A program made the position numbers and the translations under genes. This document shows positions 45,053 to 54,651 of a stretch of DNA of 55,890 bases, piece by piece (within the stretch, counting starts at the first letter, position 1; every line of letters starts with the position of its first letter). Origin of the DNA: Campylobacterales bacterium (GTDB lineage Bacteria > Campylobacterota > Campylobacteria > Campylobacterales > UBA6016); NCBI GenBank assembly GCA_031960985.1, contig JAVRLX010000003.1, positions 1-55,890 on the forward strand. The letters run 5' to 3'. Below the pieces are notes generated by a model that made no database searches, was not told the origin of the DNA, and saw only the letters and a list, made by a program, of their open reading frames with translations.

Positions 45053-46307
45053 AAGTTTAGTCAATAAAATTTTTATTACGCTCGGCTTTTTGCTGGCATA
45101 TAGGATATTAGCCTATGTGCCCGTGCCGGGTGTTAATATAGAGGTTGTTAAAGAGTTTTTTGACGCCAATTCGGCGAATGCTCTGGGTCTTTTCAATATG
45201 TTTAGCGGTAAAGCTCTTGAAAGACTAAGTATTATCTCTTTAGGTATTATGCCTTACATCACAGCCTCAATTATCATGGAACTCCTTGCGGCAACATTCC
45301 CCGAACTCGGAAAAATGAAAAAAGAACGAGACGGTATGGTTAAATATATGCAGATAATTAGGTATGCGACTATAGCTATTACGCTTATACAGGCTATAGG
45401 TGTTTCTGCAGGACTACAAAGTCTTACAGGTAGAGCCGGAGAGAGCGCAGTATCTATAGATCATTCGCTTTTTGTAGCCATATCCGCAATCTCTATGCTT
45501 GCGGGAACCATGATGCTTATGTGGATTGGTGAGCAGATAACCCAAAGGGGTATCGGTAACGGTATAAGCCTTATTATCTTTGCTGGTATCGTATCGGCAA
45601 TTCCTAGCGCTATTGGACATACTGTTTCACTTGTAAATACAGGTGAGATGCACTTTTTAACTTTAATAGCTATAGTGGTTATTATAGTTGCTACAGTGGG
45701 GGCTGTTATTTATGTTGAACTTGCGGAGAGAAGAATCCCTGTCTCATACCAGAGAAAAACACTTATTGCCAACCAAAATAAAAGGATAATGAACTATATT
45801 CCGATTAAGTTAAATCTTAGCGGCGTTATTCCACCGATATTTGCCTCAGCGATATTGATGTTCCCTTCTACTGTTATGCAGGCAAGCTCTAACCCTTGGG
45901 TTATAGCCGTTAGGGATTTTATCCATCCGCAAGGGTATGCTTTCAATTTTATTACCTTTATTTTCGTTATATTTTTTGCATATTTTTATGCCTCAATCGC
46001 ATTTAACGCAAAAGATATTTCAGAAAATCTAAAAAGACAAGGGGGCTTTATCCCAGGTGTTAGACCGGGTGAGCATTCGGCAGAATTTCTAAATGAAATA
46101 GCTAGCCGTCTAACACTTTTCGGCGCGCTGTATTTGGGTCTTATAACGACTCTGCCTTGGCTTCTTGTAAAAGCGATGGGCGTTCCGTTTTACTTTGGTG
46201 GTACAGCCGTTCTTATCGTTGTTCAGGTTGCGCTTGATACGATGAGAAAAATAGAGGCTCAGGTATATACCGGTAAATATCAAACTCTTAGCGCCGTCGG
46301 TCTTTAA
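45045..46307 (+). CDS. secY: preprotein translocase subunit SecY
   Basis: 420 aa with 10 hydrophobic segments. '[16 protein letters not shown]', '[23 protein letters not shown]'. Confidence 0.97.
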   Translation: MDKSLVNKIFITLGFLLAYRILAYVPVPGVNIEVVKEFFDANSANALGLFNMFSGKALERLSIISLGIMPYITASIIMELLAATFPELGKMKKERDGMVKYMQIIRYATIAITLIQAIGVSAGLQSLTGRAGESAVSIDHSLFVAISAISMLAGTMMLMWIGEQITQRGIGNGISLIIFAGIVSAIPSAIGHTVSLVNTGEMHFLTLIAIVVIIVATVGAVIYVELAERRIPVSYQRKTLIANQNKRIMNYIPIKLNLSGVIPPIFASAILMFPSTVMQASSNPWVIAVRDFIHPQGYAFNFITFIFVIFFAYFYASIAFNAKDISENLKRQGGFIPGVRPGEHSAEFLNEIASRLTLFGALYLGLITTLPWLLVKAMGVPFYFGGTAVLIVVQVALDTMRKIEAQVYTGKYQTLSAVGL

Positions 46308-46312
46308 TATTT

Positions 46313-47068
46313 ATGGCTATCCGTATAAGAAATAAGAACGAAATAGCCGCTTTAAGGGAGGCAAACAAGATAGCGGCAGAAGCTATTTTGTTTGCAAAAG
46401 ATTTGGTCAAGCCAGGCGTAAGTACAAAATTTATTTCCGACGAGACCGAGAAGTTTATAGTCTCCAAGGGGGCGAGAGCTTCTTTTAAAGGTCTGTATGG
46501 CTTTCCAGAGGCTATATGCATCTCGGTCAATGAGGTGATAATTCATGGTATTCCGGATAATACCGTATTAAAAGATGGTGATATAGTCGGAATAGATATT
46601 GGAACGGAATTAAACGGTTGGTATGGCGATACTGCCGTTACGGTGCCGGTATCCAGTGTATCGAAAGAGGATGAAAAGCTTATAGCTTGCGCCAAAGATA
46701 CACTGGATTTTGCAATATCTTCTATTAAAGAGGGGATGAGATTTAAAGAGCTTAGCCGATTGATAGAAGATTTTATAGAAAAAAAAGGGTACAAGCCTTT
46801 AAGGAACTTTTGTGGACACGGCATAGGCAGAAGTCCGCATGAAGAGCCTTCTATTCTTAATTATTTAGAAGGCAGCGCTTCGCAAGGCCCAAAAATAAAA
46901 AATGGAATGGTTTTTTGTATAGAGCCGATGATCTGTCAAAAAGATGGTAATTCTAAGGTGCTTGAGGACAAATGGAGCGTAGTATCACAGGATGGACTTC
47001 GGGGTAGTCATTATGAGCATACCGTTGCGATAATTAACGGCAAAGCCGAAGTTTTGTCAAGAATTTAG
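46313..47068 (+). CDS. map: type I methionine aminopeptidase
   Basis: 251 aa. 'VIIHGIP', 'GDIVGIDIG...NGWYGDTA', 'FCGHGIG', 'FCIEPM', 'HYEHTV' are the metal-ligand motifs. Confidence 0.96.
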   Translation: MAIRIRNKNEIAALREANKIAAEAILFAKDLVKPGVSTKFISDETEKFIVSKGARASFKGLYGFPEAICISVNEVIIHGIPDNTVLKDGDIVGIDIGTELNGWYGDTAVTVPVSSVSKEDEKLIACAKDTLDFAISSIKEGMRFKELSRLIEDFIEKKGYKPLRNFCGHGIGRSPHEEPSILNYLEGSASQGPKIKNGMVFCIEPMICQKDGNSKVLEDKWSVVSQDGLRGSHYEHTVAIINGKAEVLSRI

Positions 47069-47080
47069 GGAGAAAATTAT

Positions 47081-47299
47081 ATGGCAAAAGACGATGTCAT
47101 TGAGATTGACGGAGTAGTTGTTGAGGCGTTGCCGAATGCAACATTTAGAGTAGAGCTTGAAAATGGGCATATAATACTCGGTCATATAGCCGGTAAAATG
47201 AGAATGCACTATATCAAAATTTTGCCGGGCGACAAGGTTAAGGTGGAGCTTACTCCTTATAGTCTTGATAAAGGGAGGATTACTTTTAGGTATAAGTAA
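47081..47299 (+). CDS. infA: translation initiation factor IF-1
   Basis: 72 aa. '[30 protein letters not shown]...[16 protein letters not shown]'. Confidence 0.97.
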   Translation: MAKDDVIEIDGVVVEALPNATFRVELENGHIILGHIAGKMRMHYIKILPGDKVKVELTPYSLDKGRITFRYK

Positions 47300-47315
47300 G
47301 TTTTTACTTTAAAAG

Positions 47316-47324
47316 TGATAAAAT
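47316..47324 (+). promoter_or_regulatory. candidate extended -10 promoter (TGaTAAAAT) ahead of rpmJ and the alpha operon
   Basis: Motif read directly in the 101-nt infA-rpmJ spacer, about 77 nt upstream of the rpmJ ATG. No experimental support. Confidence 0.35.
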
Positions 47325-47400
47325 TCGATTTTTTTTCCGTTTATAAGCTTTAACAGGCCAAGTAACATAATAGGTTTTAATACAATTAAGGAGCGTTTTT

Positions 47401-47514
47401 ATGAAAGTAGCACCGTCGGTTAAGAAGATGTGCGATAAATGTAAAGTCATTAAAAGAAAAAGCATCGTTCGCGTAATCTGCGAAAACCCAAAACACAAAC
47501 AAAGACAAGGATAA
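47401..47514 (+). CDS. rpmJ: 50S ribosomal protein L36 (Zn-binding form)
   Basis: Below the ORF-track length cutoff. Manual translation gives '[37 protein letters not shown]' (37 aa, CxxC...C...H), with AAGGAG upstream. Confidence 0.95.
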   Translation: MKVAPSVKKMCDKCKVIKRKSIVRVICENPKHKQRQG

Positions 47515-47518
47515 TTAG

Positions 47519-47887
47519 ATGGCAAGGATTGCAGGTGTTGACCTTCCTAAGAAAAAAAGACTTGAGTTTGCTCTAACTTATATCTACGGTATAGGGCATG
47601 CTAAATCGCTAGAGATACTGAAAGCTACAGGTATATCTATCGATAAAAGAGTTTATGAGCTTACAGAAGATGAAGCTGCGGCTCTAAGAAAAGAGATCCA
47701 AGAGAACTATATGGTTGAAGGTGATCTTAGAAAAAAAGTATCTATGGATATAAAAGCTCTTATGGATCTTGGTAGCTACAGAGGTCTTAGACATAGAAAA
47801 GGACTTCCAGTTAGAGGTCAGAGAACAAAAACTAACGCTAGAACCAGAAAAGGTAAGAGAAAAACCGTAGGTTCTAAGTCTAAATAA
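47519..47887 (+). CDS. rpsM: 30S ribosomal protein S13
   Basis: 122 aa. '[14 protein letters not shown]...[23 protein letters not shown]'. Confidence 0.97.
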   Translation: MARIAGVDLPKKKRLEFALTYIYGIGHAKSLEILKATGISIDKRVYELTEDEAAALRKEIQENYMVEGDLRKKVSMDIKALMDLGSYRGLRHRKGLPVRGQRTKTNARTRKGKRKTVGSKSK

Positions 47888-47910
47888 GGCGAAATTAAAG
47901 GAAAACAAAG

Positions 47911-48303
47911 ATGGCAGCAAAAAGAAAAGTTAAGAAAAAAGTAATCAAAAAAAATATTGCTAGAGGCATAATACATATAGTAGCCTCTTTCAACAACACA
48001 CTTGTAACTGTAACAGATGAAATGGGTAATGCCATCTGTTGGTCAAGTGCGGGAAGCCTAGGTTTTAAAGGTAGTAAAAAAGCTACCCCTTTCGCCGCTC
48101 AACAAGCAGTTGAGGATGCGATAACAAAAGCGAAAGAACACGGACTTAAAGAGCTTGGTATAAAAATACAAGGTCCTGGTAATGGTAGAGAGATGGCGAT
48201 AAAAGCTGTAGGCGCTAGAGCGGATATTAGAGTGGTTTATCTTAAAGATGTTACGCCACTTCCACATAACGGATGCAGACCTCCAAAAAGAAGAAGGGTG
48301 TAA
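47911..48303 (+). CDS. rpsK: 30S ribosomal protein S11
   Basis: 130 aa. '[22 protein letters not shown]...[18 protein letters not shown]'. Confidence 0.97.
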   Translation: MAAKRKVKKKVIKKNIARGIIHIVASFNNTLVTVTDEMGNAICWSSAGSLGFKGSKKATPFAAQQAVEDAITKAKEHGLKELGIKIQGPGNGREMAIKAVGARADIRVVYLKDVTPLPHNGCRPPKRRRV

Positions 48304-48313
48304 GGAATAGAAT

Positions 48314-48940
48314 ATGGCAAGATATACTGGACCAGTTGAAAAAATTGAGAGAAGACTAGGCGTTAGCCTTGATATGAAAGGCGAAAGAAGACTTGCGGGC
48401 AAATCTGCGCTCGATAAGAGACCTTACGCTCCAGGTCAGCACGGGCAAAGAAAAGCAAAAGTAAGCGAGTTTGGAACTCAACTTAAAGAAAAACAAAAAA
48501 TAAAGTTTATGTATGGGCTATCTGAAAAGCAAACAAGAAGACTATATGATGAAGCTTCAAGAGCCAGCGGTAATGCGGGTGAGAACTTTGTAAAACTTCT
48601 TGAGAGAAGACTTGATAATGTAGTATATAGAATGGGTATGGCTACAACAAGAAGATTTGCAAGACAACTTGTAAACCACGGTCATATACTTGTTGATGGT
48701 AAAAAAGTAGGGATTCCTTCTTACAGAGTAAAACCGGGTCAAAAAATTGAGGTTTGTGAAAAGTCAAGAAACAATCCGCAAATTCTTAGAAGCATGGAGC
48801 TTACAAACCAAACTGGTATAGTTCCTTGGGTTGATGTAGATAAAGAAAAACTTTTCGGTATATTTACTAGAATTCCAGAGAGAAGCGAAGTAACGATTCC
48901 AGTGGATGAAAGACTTATCATCGAATTCTACTCAAAATAA
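48314..48940 (+). CDS. rpsD: 30S ribosomal protein S4
   Basis: 208 aa. '[16 protein letters not shown]...[37 protein letters not shown]'. Confidence 0.97.
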   Translation: MARYTGPVEKIERRLGVSLDMKGERRLAGKSALDKRPYAPGQHGQRKAKVSEFGTQLKEKQKIKFMYGLSEKQTRRLYDEASRASGNAGENFVKLLERRLDNVVYRMGMATTRRFARQLVNHGHILVDGKKVGIPSYRVKPGQKIEVCEKSRNNPQILRSMELTNQTGIVPWVDVDKEKLFGIFTRIPERSEVTIPVDERLIIEFYSK

Positions 48941-48955
48941 TAGGTGGCTTACAAC

Positions 48956-49969
48956 ATGAAAAAAATAAAAGTATCACCTTTGATTCCAACCAATATAGAA
49001 ATAGAGAGCAAAGATAAAAACTCTGCAAAGATTTCTATATTTCCTTTTGAGGCTGGGTACGCTATTACGATAGCGCATCCGCTTAAAAGACTTCTTCTAA
49101 GCTCGAGCGTAGGCTCAGCTCCGACGGCTATTAAAATAGAGGGTGTTACACACGAGTTTGACTATGTTAGAGGTATGCTAGAAGATGTAACCGAGTTTAT
49201 TTTAAACCTAAAAAATATTAGATTTAAAATTAAAACTGACGCAAAAAAAGTAGTAGCAAATTACTCTTTTTCGGGACATAGAGAGATAAAAGGCTCAGAT
49301 CTTGATAACGATGAAGTTGAAGTAGTTACTAAAGATTTACATCTTGCAACTATTAATGACGATGCTGTTTTAAATTTCAGCATTATTATTGAAAAAGGGA
49401 TGGGTTATGTTGCGAGCGAAGAGATAAGAGATTTGACGGAGCCAAATTATATTCCGCTTGACGCATATTTTATGCCTGTTACCAAGGCTGTTTACGATAT
49501 AGAGAATATGCTTGTAGAAGACAACCCTAACTATGAAAAACTAATCTTTACGGTTGAGACAGATGGTCAAATGGAAGCTGAGGCTGTTTTTAAAGAAGCA
49601 GTTAAGACTCTTTACGAACAGCTGAGTATTTTTAATAGAGAGTTGGCAATTTCTACTGGAGTTCCAATGTCTGCAGCCGTTGCTAAAAATGAAAACGACG
49701 GTGAGCTTAAAAAACTTCTTATTAGCGTAGATGATTTGAATCTATCCGCAAGAAGTCACAACTGTCTTACTAGAGCATCGGTAAAATATTTAGGCGATTT
49801 GGTTCTTATGAATGAAAAAGAGCTTGCAGAAGTAAGAAATCTAGGTAAAAAATCTCTTGACGAGATAAAAGAAAAAATGGAAGAGATGGGGTATCCAGTT
49901 GGTACCGAACTCCCAGAGGAGCTTTTAGGCGCCCTAAAAGCCAAGTTAGCACAACTAAAGGATAGATAA
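48956..49969 (+). CDS. rpoA: DNA-directed RNA polymerase subunit alpha
   Basis: 337 aa from ATG 48956 (AGGTGG 8 nt upstream). The track's GTG 48944 lies inside that Shine-Dalgarno. '[22 protein letters not shown]...[11 protein letters not shown]' is the alpha-CTD. Confidence 0.95.
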   Translation: MKKIKVSPLIPTNIEIESKDKNSAKISIFPFEAGYAITIAHPLKRLLLSSSVGSAPTAIKIEGVTHEFDYVRGMLEDVTEFILNLKNIRFKIKTDAKKVVANYSFSGHREIKGSDLDNDEVEVVTKDLHLATINDDAVLNFSIIIEKGMGYVASEEIRDLTEPNYIPLDAYFMPVTKAVYDIENMLVEDNPNYEKLIFTVETDGQMEAEAVFKEAVKTLYEQLSIFNRELAISTGVPMSAAVAKNENDGELKKLLISVDDLNLSARSHNCLTRASVKYLGDLVLMNEKELAEVRNLGKKSLDEIKEKMEEMGYPVGTELPEELLGALKAKLAQLKDR

Positions 49970-50325
49970 TGAGACATAGAGTAGCACATAGAAAACTCGG
50001 TAGAACATCGTCTCACAGACTTGCTCTACTAAAAAACCTTGCAATATCGCTTATACAATATGAGAAAATAGAAACGACTCTGCCGAAAGCAAAAGAGTTA
50101 AAAGCTTATTTTGACAAACTTGTAACAAAAGCAAAAAAAGGCGACCTAAACGCCCATAGGGCTGTTTTTGCGCTTTTACAAGACAAAGAAAGCACAAAAA
50201 AACTTATAAACGAACTTGTTCCTGCTCTTAGCGGCAGAACAAGTGGTTATACTAGCATCGTAAAAACAAGACAAAGAAGAGGCGATGCCGCAGAAATGGC
50301 AACCCTTGAGATAATTAGAGACTAA
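49969..50325 (+). CDS. rplQ: 50S ribosomal protein L17
   Basis: 118 aa. '[24 protein letters not shown]'. Confidence 0.97.
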   Translation: MRHRVAHRKLGRTSSHRLALLKNLAISLIQYEKIETTLPKAKELKAYFDKLVTKAKKGDLNAHRAVFALLQDKESTKKLINELVPALSGRTSGYTSIVKTRQRRGDAAEMATLEIIRD

Positions 50326-50340
50326 AAAATATTTGTAACA

Positions 50341-50358
50341 GACCGCCAAAGGGCGGTC
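50341..50358 (+). terminator. GC-rich stem-loop after rplQ (gaccgcc-aaag-ggcggtc)
   Basis: 7-bp perfect stem 16 nt after the rplQ stop. No clear U-tract follows. Confidence 0.4.
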
Positions 50359-50431
50359 AACTCCAACTTCGTTAAACGACTTTTAAGCGCTAAATAAATA
50401 CATTACATCAAAAACTTACAAGGTTTTCGAA

Positions 50432-50728
50432 ATGCCTATTCCTTTTACAGATGAAGAGTTGCTACCTGCCGTAAAGAGATGTATATCAAAAATTGAGCCC
50501 ATGCTTGCGCTAGATGGCGGAAGTATTAAGCTTATAGCGGTAAAAAATCATATAGTTTATGTGCAGCTACAAGGCACTTGTATCGGATGTCCTAGCAGCG
50601 GGAATACGCTTAAATATGGCGTAGAAAAGAAAATCAAAGAAGATATTCATCAAGAACTTTCAGTTGTAAATGTGCCACTTGGCGCAGAGATGAATTTGGA
50701 AGAATTTATAAAAGGTTTACAGAGCTAA
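50432..50728 (+). CDS. NifU C-terminal domain (Nfu-type) Fe-S scaffold/carrier protein
   Basis: 98 aa. 'MLALDGGSIKLIAV...VYVQLQGTCIGCPSSGNTLKYGVE' is the Nfu CxxC signature. Confidence 0.85.
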   Translation: MPIPFTDEELLPAVKRCISKIEPMLALDGGSIKLIAVKNHIVYVQLQGTCIGCPSSGNTLKYGVEKKIKEDIHQELSVVNVPLGAEMNLEEFIKGLQS

Positions 50729-50730
50729 AT

Positions 50731-51342
50731 ATGAGAAAAAGAGTTTTTAAAAAACATTTAGACGCAGCAGAGAAGTATTTTGTATCCAAAAATTACGATA
50801 AAGCGCTTTTTGAGTATTCATTAGCAAGGGCGGAAGACCCGAGTAGTCAAGATGTAAAAGTTGGTATTTTATTGTGTGATATGGCTTACGAGATGGAGAA
50901 TGAGGCGCATTCGCTTTTTGATTATTATGTGATTGCTAAAAAAGAGAATGCTGAAAGCGCGGCGGAGCTACTTGAAAAAATAATATTCTCTATTGACGGA
51001 GCGTTAAGCGCTACGGCTGAGATATTGATGCCGGCGATTAAAGATAGGGTTAACTACGAAAACGCTATCTCTTATGAGGATTTTCAAAGTATAGTCAAAG
51101 AGAGAGGCGAGTTTAAAAGAGCTTTTGAGGATATTATGTTTTCAACTAGAGTTATAATTTCCGATAAAAAAGATTTTATAAATTTTTTGGATAGCTTGGT
51201 TACAAATGGCTTTAGCGATATAGCGCTAAATTATTTGGAGAGCGCCAGCGCCATTTTTCCATCCAATAAAAAAATTAGAGATTTGTTTGATAAATTAAGC
51301 CAGAAAGAGTCAATTGAAACTAAAACTCCCAAAAAACTCTAG
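50731..51342 (+). CDS. conserved hypothetical protein (TPR-like N-terminal helices)
   Basis: 203 aa with no catalytic motif recognised. It sits between nfu-like and murE, as a hypothetical gene does in C. jejuni and H. pylori by my recollection. Confidence 0.55.
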   Translation: MRKRVFKKHLDAAEKYFVSKNYDKALFEYSLARAEDPSSQDVKVGILLCDMAYEMENEAHSLFDYYVIAKKENAESAAELLEKIIFSIDGALSATAEILMPAIKDRVNYENAISYEDFQSIVKERGEFKRAFEDIMFSTRVIISDKKDFINFLDSLVTNGFSDIALNYLESASAIFPSNKKIRDLFDKLSQKESIETKTPKKL

Positions 51343-52630
51343 CCTACAAGCCTCGCATATAAGCGATAACTCTCTTGAGTGCGACGGCGATACGGCGTTT
51401 TTAATCACCCCTTTATCGGTTAAGTATATAGATGATGCAAAAGATAGGGGTGTCAGTGTTTTTGTGGCCGCAAATGAGCTAAAAGATATTTTTGACTTAT
51501 CCCCAATTAAAATCATAGGAATCACTGGAACTAACGGCAAAACAACTACCGCCGCCGCGGTGTACTCTTTGCTTCTTGATAGTGGCAAAAAAGTAGCCCT
51601 GCAGGGGACAAGGGGCTTTTTTATAAACGAAGAGAGAGTTGAGGAAAAATCGCTTACCACCCCCATGCAACTAAATATTTTTGCAAATGCACTTAGGGCA
51701 ATAGAGATGGGGTGCGAGTATTTTGTAATGGAGGTAAGCTCCCACGCAATAGCGCAAAAGCGAATTGAAGGTCTTAATTTTGCGCTCAAAATTATCACCA
51801 ATATCACCCAAGATCACCTCGATTTTCATAAAACATTTGAAAACTATCGAGATACAAAAAATGAGTTTTTAGCTGATGAAACTCCAAAACTTATCAATAT
51901 TGACGATGAAAATATAGTTTTTAACAAAAAAAACGCAAAAACATATGCTCTTGAAAAACACGCAGACTACAAAGTGGGGGCGTATTCCCTTAAAGAGGGG
52001 ATTTTTGCGGTTTTAGAAAATGAGGGTAAGCCGTACTCGTTTTGCGCCTCTATGGCGGGTGTGTTTAATATCTACAACCTTACGGCGGCGATAGCGGCGG
52101 TGCATATATTAACAGGCGATGACCTTGCAAATATATGCCAAAATATTGAACGCTTTGGCGGTGTGGGCGGCAGGATGGAAGTGGTAAGCGCAAATCCACT
52201 TGTTGTAGTCGATTTTGCCCACACACCAGATGGTATAGCAAAGGCGCTTGAGGCGTTAGGCGGCTCAAAAATTACCGTAGTATTTGGCGCAGGCGGCGAT
52301 AGAGATGCTAGCAAAAGAGCGCTTATGGGCAAAGAAGCTGCTCTTAGAGCGGCTAAGCTAATTATTACAAGCGACAACCCTCGAAGCGAAAATCCAACTG
52401 CAATTATTGAAGATATTTTAAGCGGCATAGAAGATAGATCAAAAGTTTGTGTAGTTGAAGATAGATACGAAGCTATCAAAAAGGCGATAATGGAGCAAAA
52501 AGAGGGCGAGATAGTGGCAATACTTGGCAAAGGGGATGAGACGAGTCAAATATTTAAAGACCGTACTATACACTTTGACGATAGAGAGGTTGCTAGAGAG
52601 ATTTTGAAACAAAAATTGCAAAATTTTTAG
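51314..52630 (+). CDS. murE: UDP-N-acetylmuramoyl-L-alanyl-D-glutamate--2,6-diaminopimelate ligase
   Basis: 438 aa. 'GITGTNGKTTT' P-loop, 'EVSSHA', and 'TSDNPRSENP' (the DNPR motif specifying meso-DAP). TTG start with an AAAGAG Shine-Dalgarno; no in-frame ATG before the P-loop. Confidence 0.9.
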   Translation: MKLKLPKNSSLQASHISDNSLECDGDTAFLITPLSVKYIDDAKDRGVSVFVAANELKDIFDLSPIKIIGITGTNGKTTTAAAVYSLLLDSGKKVALQGTRGFFINEERVEEKSLTTPMQLNIFANALRAIEMGCEYFVMEVSSHAIAQKRIEGLNFALKIITNITQDHLDFHKTFENYRDTKNEFLADETPKLINIDDENIVFNKKNAKTYALEKHADYKVGAYSLKEGIFAVLENEGKPYSFCASMAGVFNIYNLTAAIAAVHILTGDDLANICQNIERFGGVGGRMEVVSANPLVVVDFAHTPDGIAKALEALGGSKITVVFGAGGDRDASKRALMGKEAALRAAKLIITSDNPRSENPTAIIEDILSGIEDRSKVCVVEDRYEAIKKAIMEQKEGEIVAILGKGDETSQIFKDRTIHFDDREVAREILKQKLQNF

Positions 52631-52705
52631 TATTTAAGACTTTTTTTATCCTATTTAAATGATTTATTGTGTAGAATACCTAAAAATTATTTTTAGGAGT
52701 TAAAT

Positions 52706-53086
52706 ATGGCAGGGATACCACAGCCAGCGTTTTATTTGTTTATGTGTCAAGTTGAAAGACCAGAAGGTTTTCCAAAGGGATCATGTATCAAGCCTCACAA
52801 TAGAGATCTTTTTCAATATTTGAGTGAAGCGTTGATGAAAAATGGTGTAATGGGTACCGTAGTTCCTGTTCAAACTGGTTGCCAAAATAGATGCAATCTC
52901 GGTCCTGTTATGATGGTGGAGCCTGCACACACGATGTATGTTGGACTCACTAAAGAAAAAATTGATAGAATTATAAAAGAACATATTATTGGCGGAAGCG
53001 TTGTTGAAGAGTATGTTATCCCAAAAGAGATGTGGGCAGACGCTATCAGCCCTGAGCAGATGAGAAAAATGGCCGGAGTTAGTTAA
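52706..53086 (+). CDS. thioredoxin-like [2Fe-2S] ferredoxin
   Basis: 126 aa. Cys14/27/59/63 give C-x12-C-x31-C-x3-C, the spacing I recall for Clostridium pasteurianum/Aquifex-type thioredoxin-like ferredoxins (the NuoE fold family). Confidence 0.75.
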   Translation: MAGIPQPAFYLFMCQVERPEGFPKGSCIKPHNRDLFQYLSEALMKNGVMGTVVPVQTGCQNRCNLGPVMMVEPAHTMYVGLTKEKIDRIIKEHIIGGSVVEEYVIPKEMWADAISPEQMRKMAGVS

Positions 53087-53091
53087 AAATT

Positions 53092-53457
53092 ATGCGAATC
53101 GATATGCTTTACTCAAAAATCCATAGGGCGACAGTTACGGATGCGAACCTAAATTATGTAGGCTCCATAACTATCGATAGAGAGCTTATGGATGCCGCAA
53201 AAATGAGAGTGGGGCAAAAAGTAGAGATTTTAAACATCAATAACGGCGAAAGATTTTCTACTTATGTTATAGAGGGCGAAAGGGGTAAAAGAGATATATG
53301 CCTCAATGGCGCCGCAGCCAGAAAAGTGCATGTGGGGGATAAAATTATTATAGTTGCTTATGCCTCTTTTGAGGAAGAGGAGCTAAAAAACTATGCTCCA
53401 GCAATAGTTATTGTGGACGATAAAAACGATATAGTAGAGATAGGAAGCGGTCTATAA
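53092..53457 (+). CDS. panD: aspartate 1-decarboxylase (pyruvoyl-dependent)
   Basis: 121 aa. '[25 protein letters not shown]' contains the Gly-Ser self-cleavage site. Confidence 0.95.
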   Translation: MRIDMLYSKIHRATVTDANLNYVGSITIDRELMDAAKMRVGQKVEILNINNGERFSTYVIEGERGKRDICLNGAAARKVHVGDKIIIVAYASFEEEELKNYAPAIVIVDDKNDIVEIGSGL

Positions 53458-53775
53458 ATGTTTGAAGGTTTTGATATCTCAAAGCTTGGCGGTCTAATAG
53501 AGGAGGCTCAAAAAAAAGCAAAAGAGCTTGAAGAAAAAAGCTCCTCTCTCACTTTTAGCGCAAAAAGTGGTGGTGGCCTCGTATCTGTAACGATTAATGG
53601 GAAGTTTGAAATTATTGATATAACTATTGATGACTCCCTTTTGGAAGATAAAGAGTCGCTCCAAATACTTCTAATGAGCGCTTGTAACGATGCTATAAAA
53701 TCTGCTATCGAAAACCAAAAGAATAACGCCATGTCAATGCTTGGCGGCTTCAATCCATTCGCAAAAAACGGTTAA
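53458..53775 (+). CDS. ybaB: YbaB/EbfC family nucleoid-associated protein
   Basis: 105 aa. 'GGGLVSVTINGKFEIIDITIDDSLLEDKESLQILLMSACNDA' follows the YbaB pattern. Confidence 0.88.
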   Translation: MFEGFDISKLGGLIEEAQKKAKELEEKSSSLTFSAKSGGGLVSVTINGKFEIIDITIDDSLLEDKESLQILLMSACNDAIKSAIENQKNNAMSMLGGFNPFAKNG

Positions 53776-53783
53776 TAGCCGTT

Positions 53784-54644
53784 ATGTTATTAGCTAAATT
53801 TGAAGAGTATTTAAAAAATAATCCAATAAAAGCTCCCTCATTTCACCCCTCCTTTGAAGATACGCTAAACAAAATGCTGGATGTGGGCGGCAAAAGATTT
53901 CGCCCGCTCCTTATGCTCTCCGTTGTAGATGCGATTGATGATAGAATGATTCCAAATGCTTATGCCCCTGCCCTTGCAGTGGAGTGCTTGCACACATATT
54001 CACTGATACACGATGATTTGCCTTGTATGGATAACTCCCCACTTAGACGAGGTCATCCAACCCTTCATACCATCTATGGCGAGGCGGCGGCGGTCCTTGC
54101 TGGAGATGCCCTTAACACTCACGCTTTTTATCTCATTGCAAATGCAAGGCTATCTAATGATACCAAAGTAGAGTTAATTAAGCTTCTTAGTCGCGATGGT
54201 GGCGCTTATGGGATGGTGTTAGGGCAAGCGATTGATCTATTTTTTGAGAAAAAAAAGCTTGCTTTGGATGAGCTAAAATTTTTGCATATTCACAAAACAG
54301 CAAAGCTAATAGCGGCCTCTCTTGCGATGGGCGCTGTAATTGCCTCTGCCAAAGAGGAACTTGTAGAGAAGTTATATAATTTTGGAATTAAGCTTGGCCT
54401 TTTTTTTCAAATAAGAGATGACCTTTTGGACGTGCTTTCAAGCGAAGAAAAAGAGGGGAAAAAGGTGCAAAATGACGGGTTTAAAAATAGTTTTGTCAAT
54501 TTACTCGGCGTTGATGGGGCAAAAGATGAATTTGAGAGTTTAAAAAATGAGTTAATAGATGAAATAGGTTTATTTGAGCCTAAACTTTCAAATGCGCTTT
54601 TAGCAGTATGCGATAGATATTTTAAAGAGGATTTTGGAGGATAA
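53784..54644 (+). CDS. ispA: (2E,6E)-farnesyl diphosphate synthase / short-chain polyprenyl synthase
   Basis: 286 aa. First 'LIHDDLPCMDN' and second 'QIRDDLLD' aspartate-rich motifs. Confidence 0.8.
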   Translation: MLLAKFEEYLKNNPIKAPSFHPSFEDTLNKMLDVGGKRFRPLLMLSVVDAIDDRMIPNAYAPALAVECLHTYSLIHDDLPCMDNSPLRRGHPTLHTIYGEAAAVLAGDALNTHAFYLIANARLSNDTKVELIKLLSRDGGAYGMVLGQAIDLFFEKKKLALDELKFLHIHKTAKLIAASLAMGAVIASAKEELVEKLYNFGIKLGLFFQIRDDLLDVLSSEEKEGKKVQNDGFKNSFVNLLGVDGAKDEFESLKNELIDEIGLFEPKLSNALLAVCDRYFKEDFGG

Positions 54645-54651
54645 TTATACG

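Noticed and set aside
51310-52530. Minus-strand ORFs of 165 aa (51310-51807) and 152 aa (52072-52530) antisense to murE
   Set aside because: The murE frame carries all Mur ligase motifs. The antisense frames have no recognisable features.
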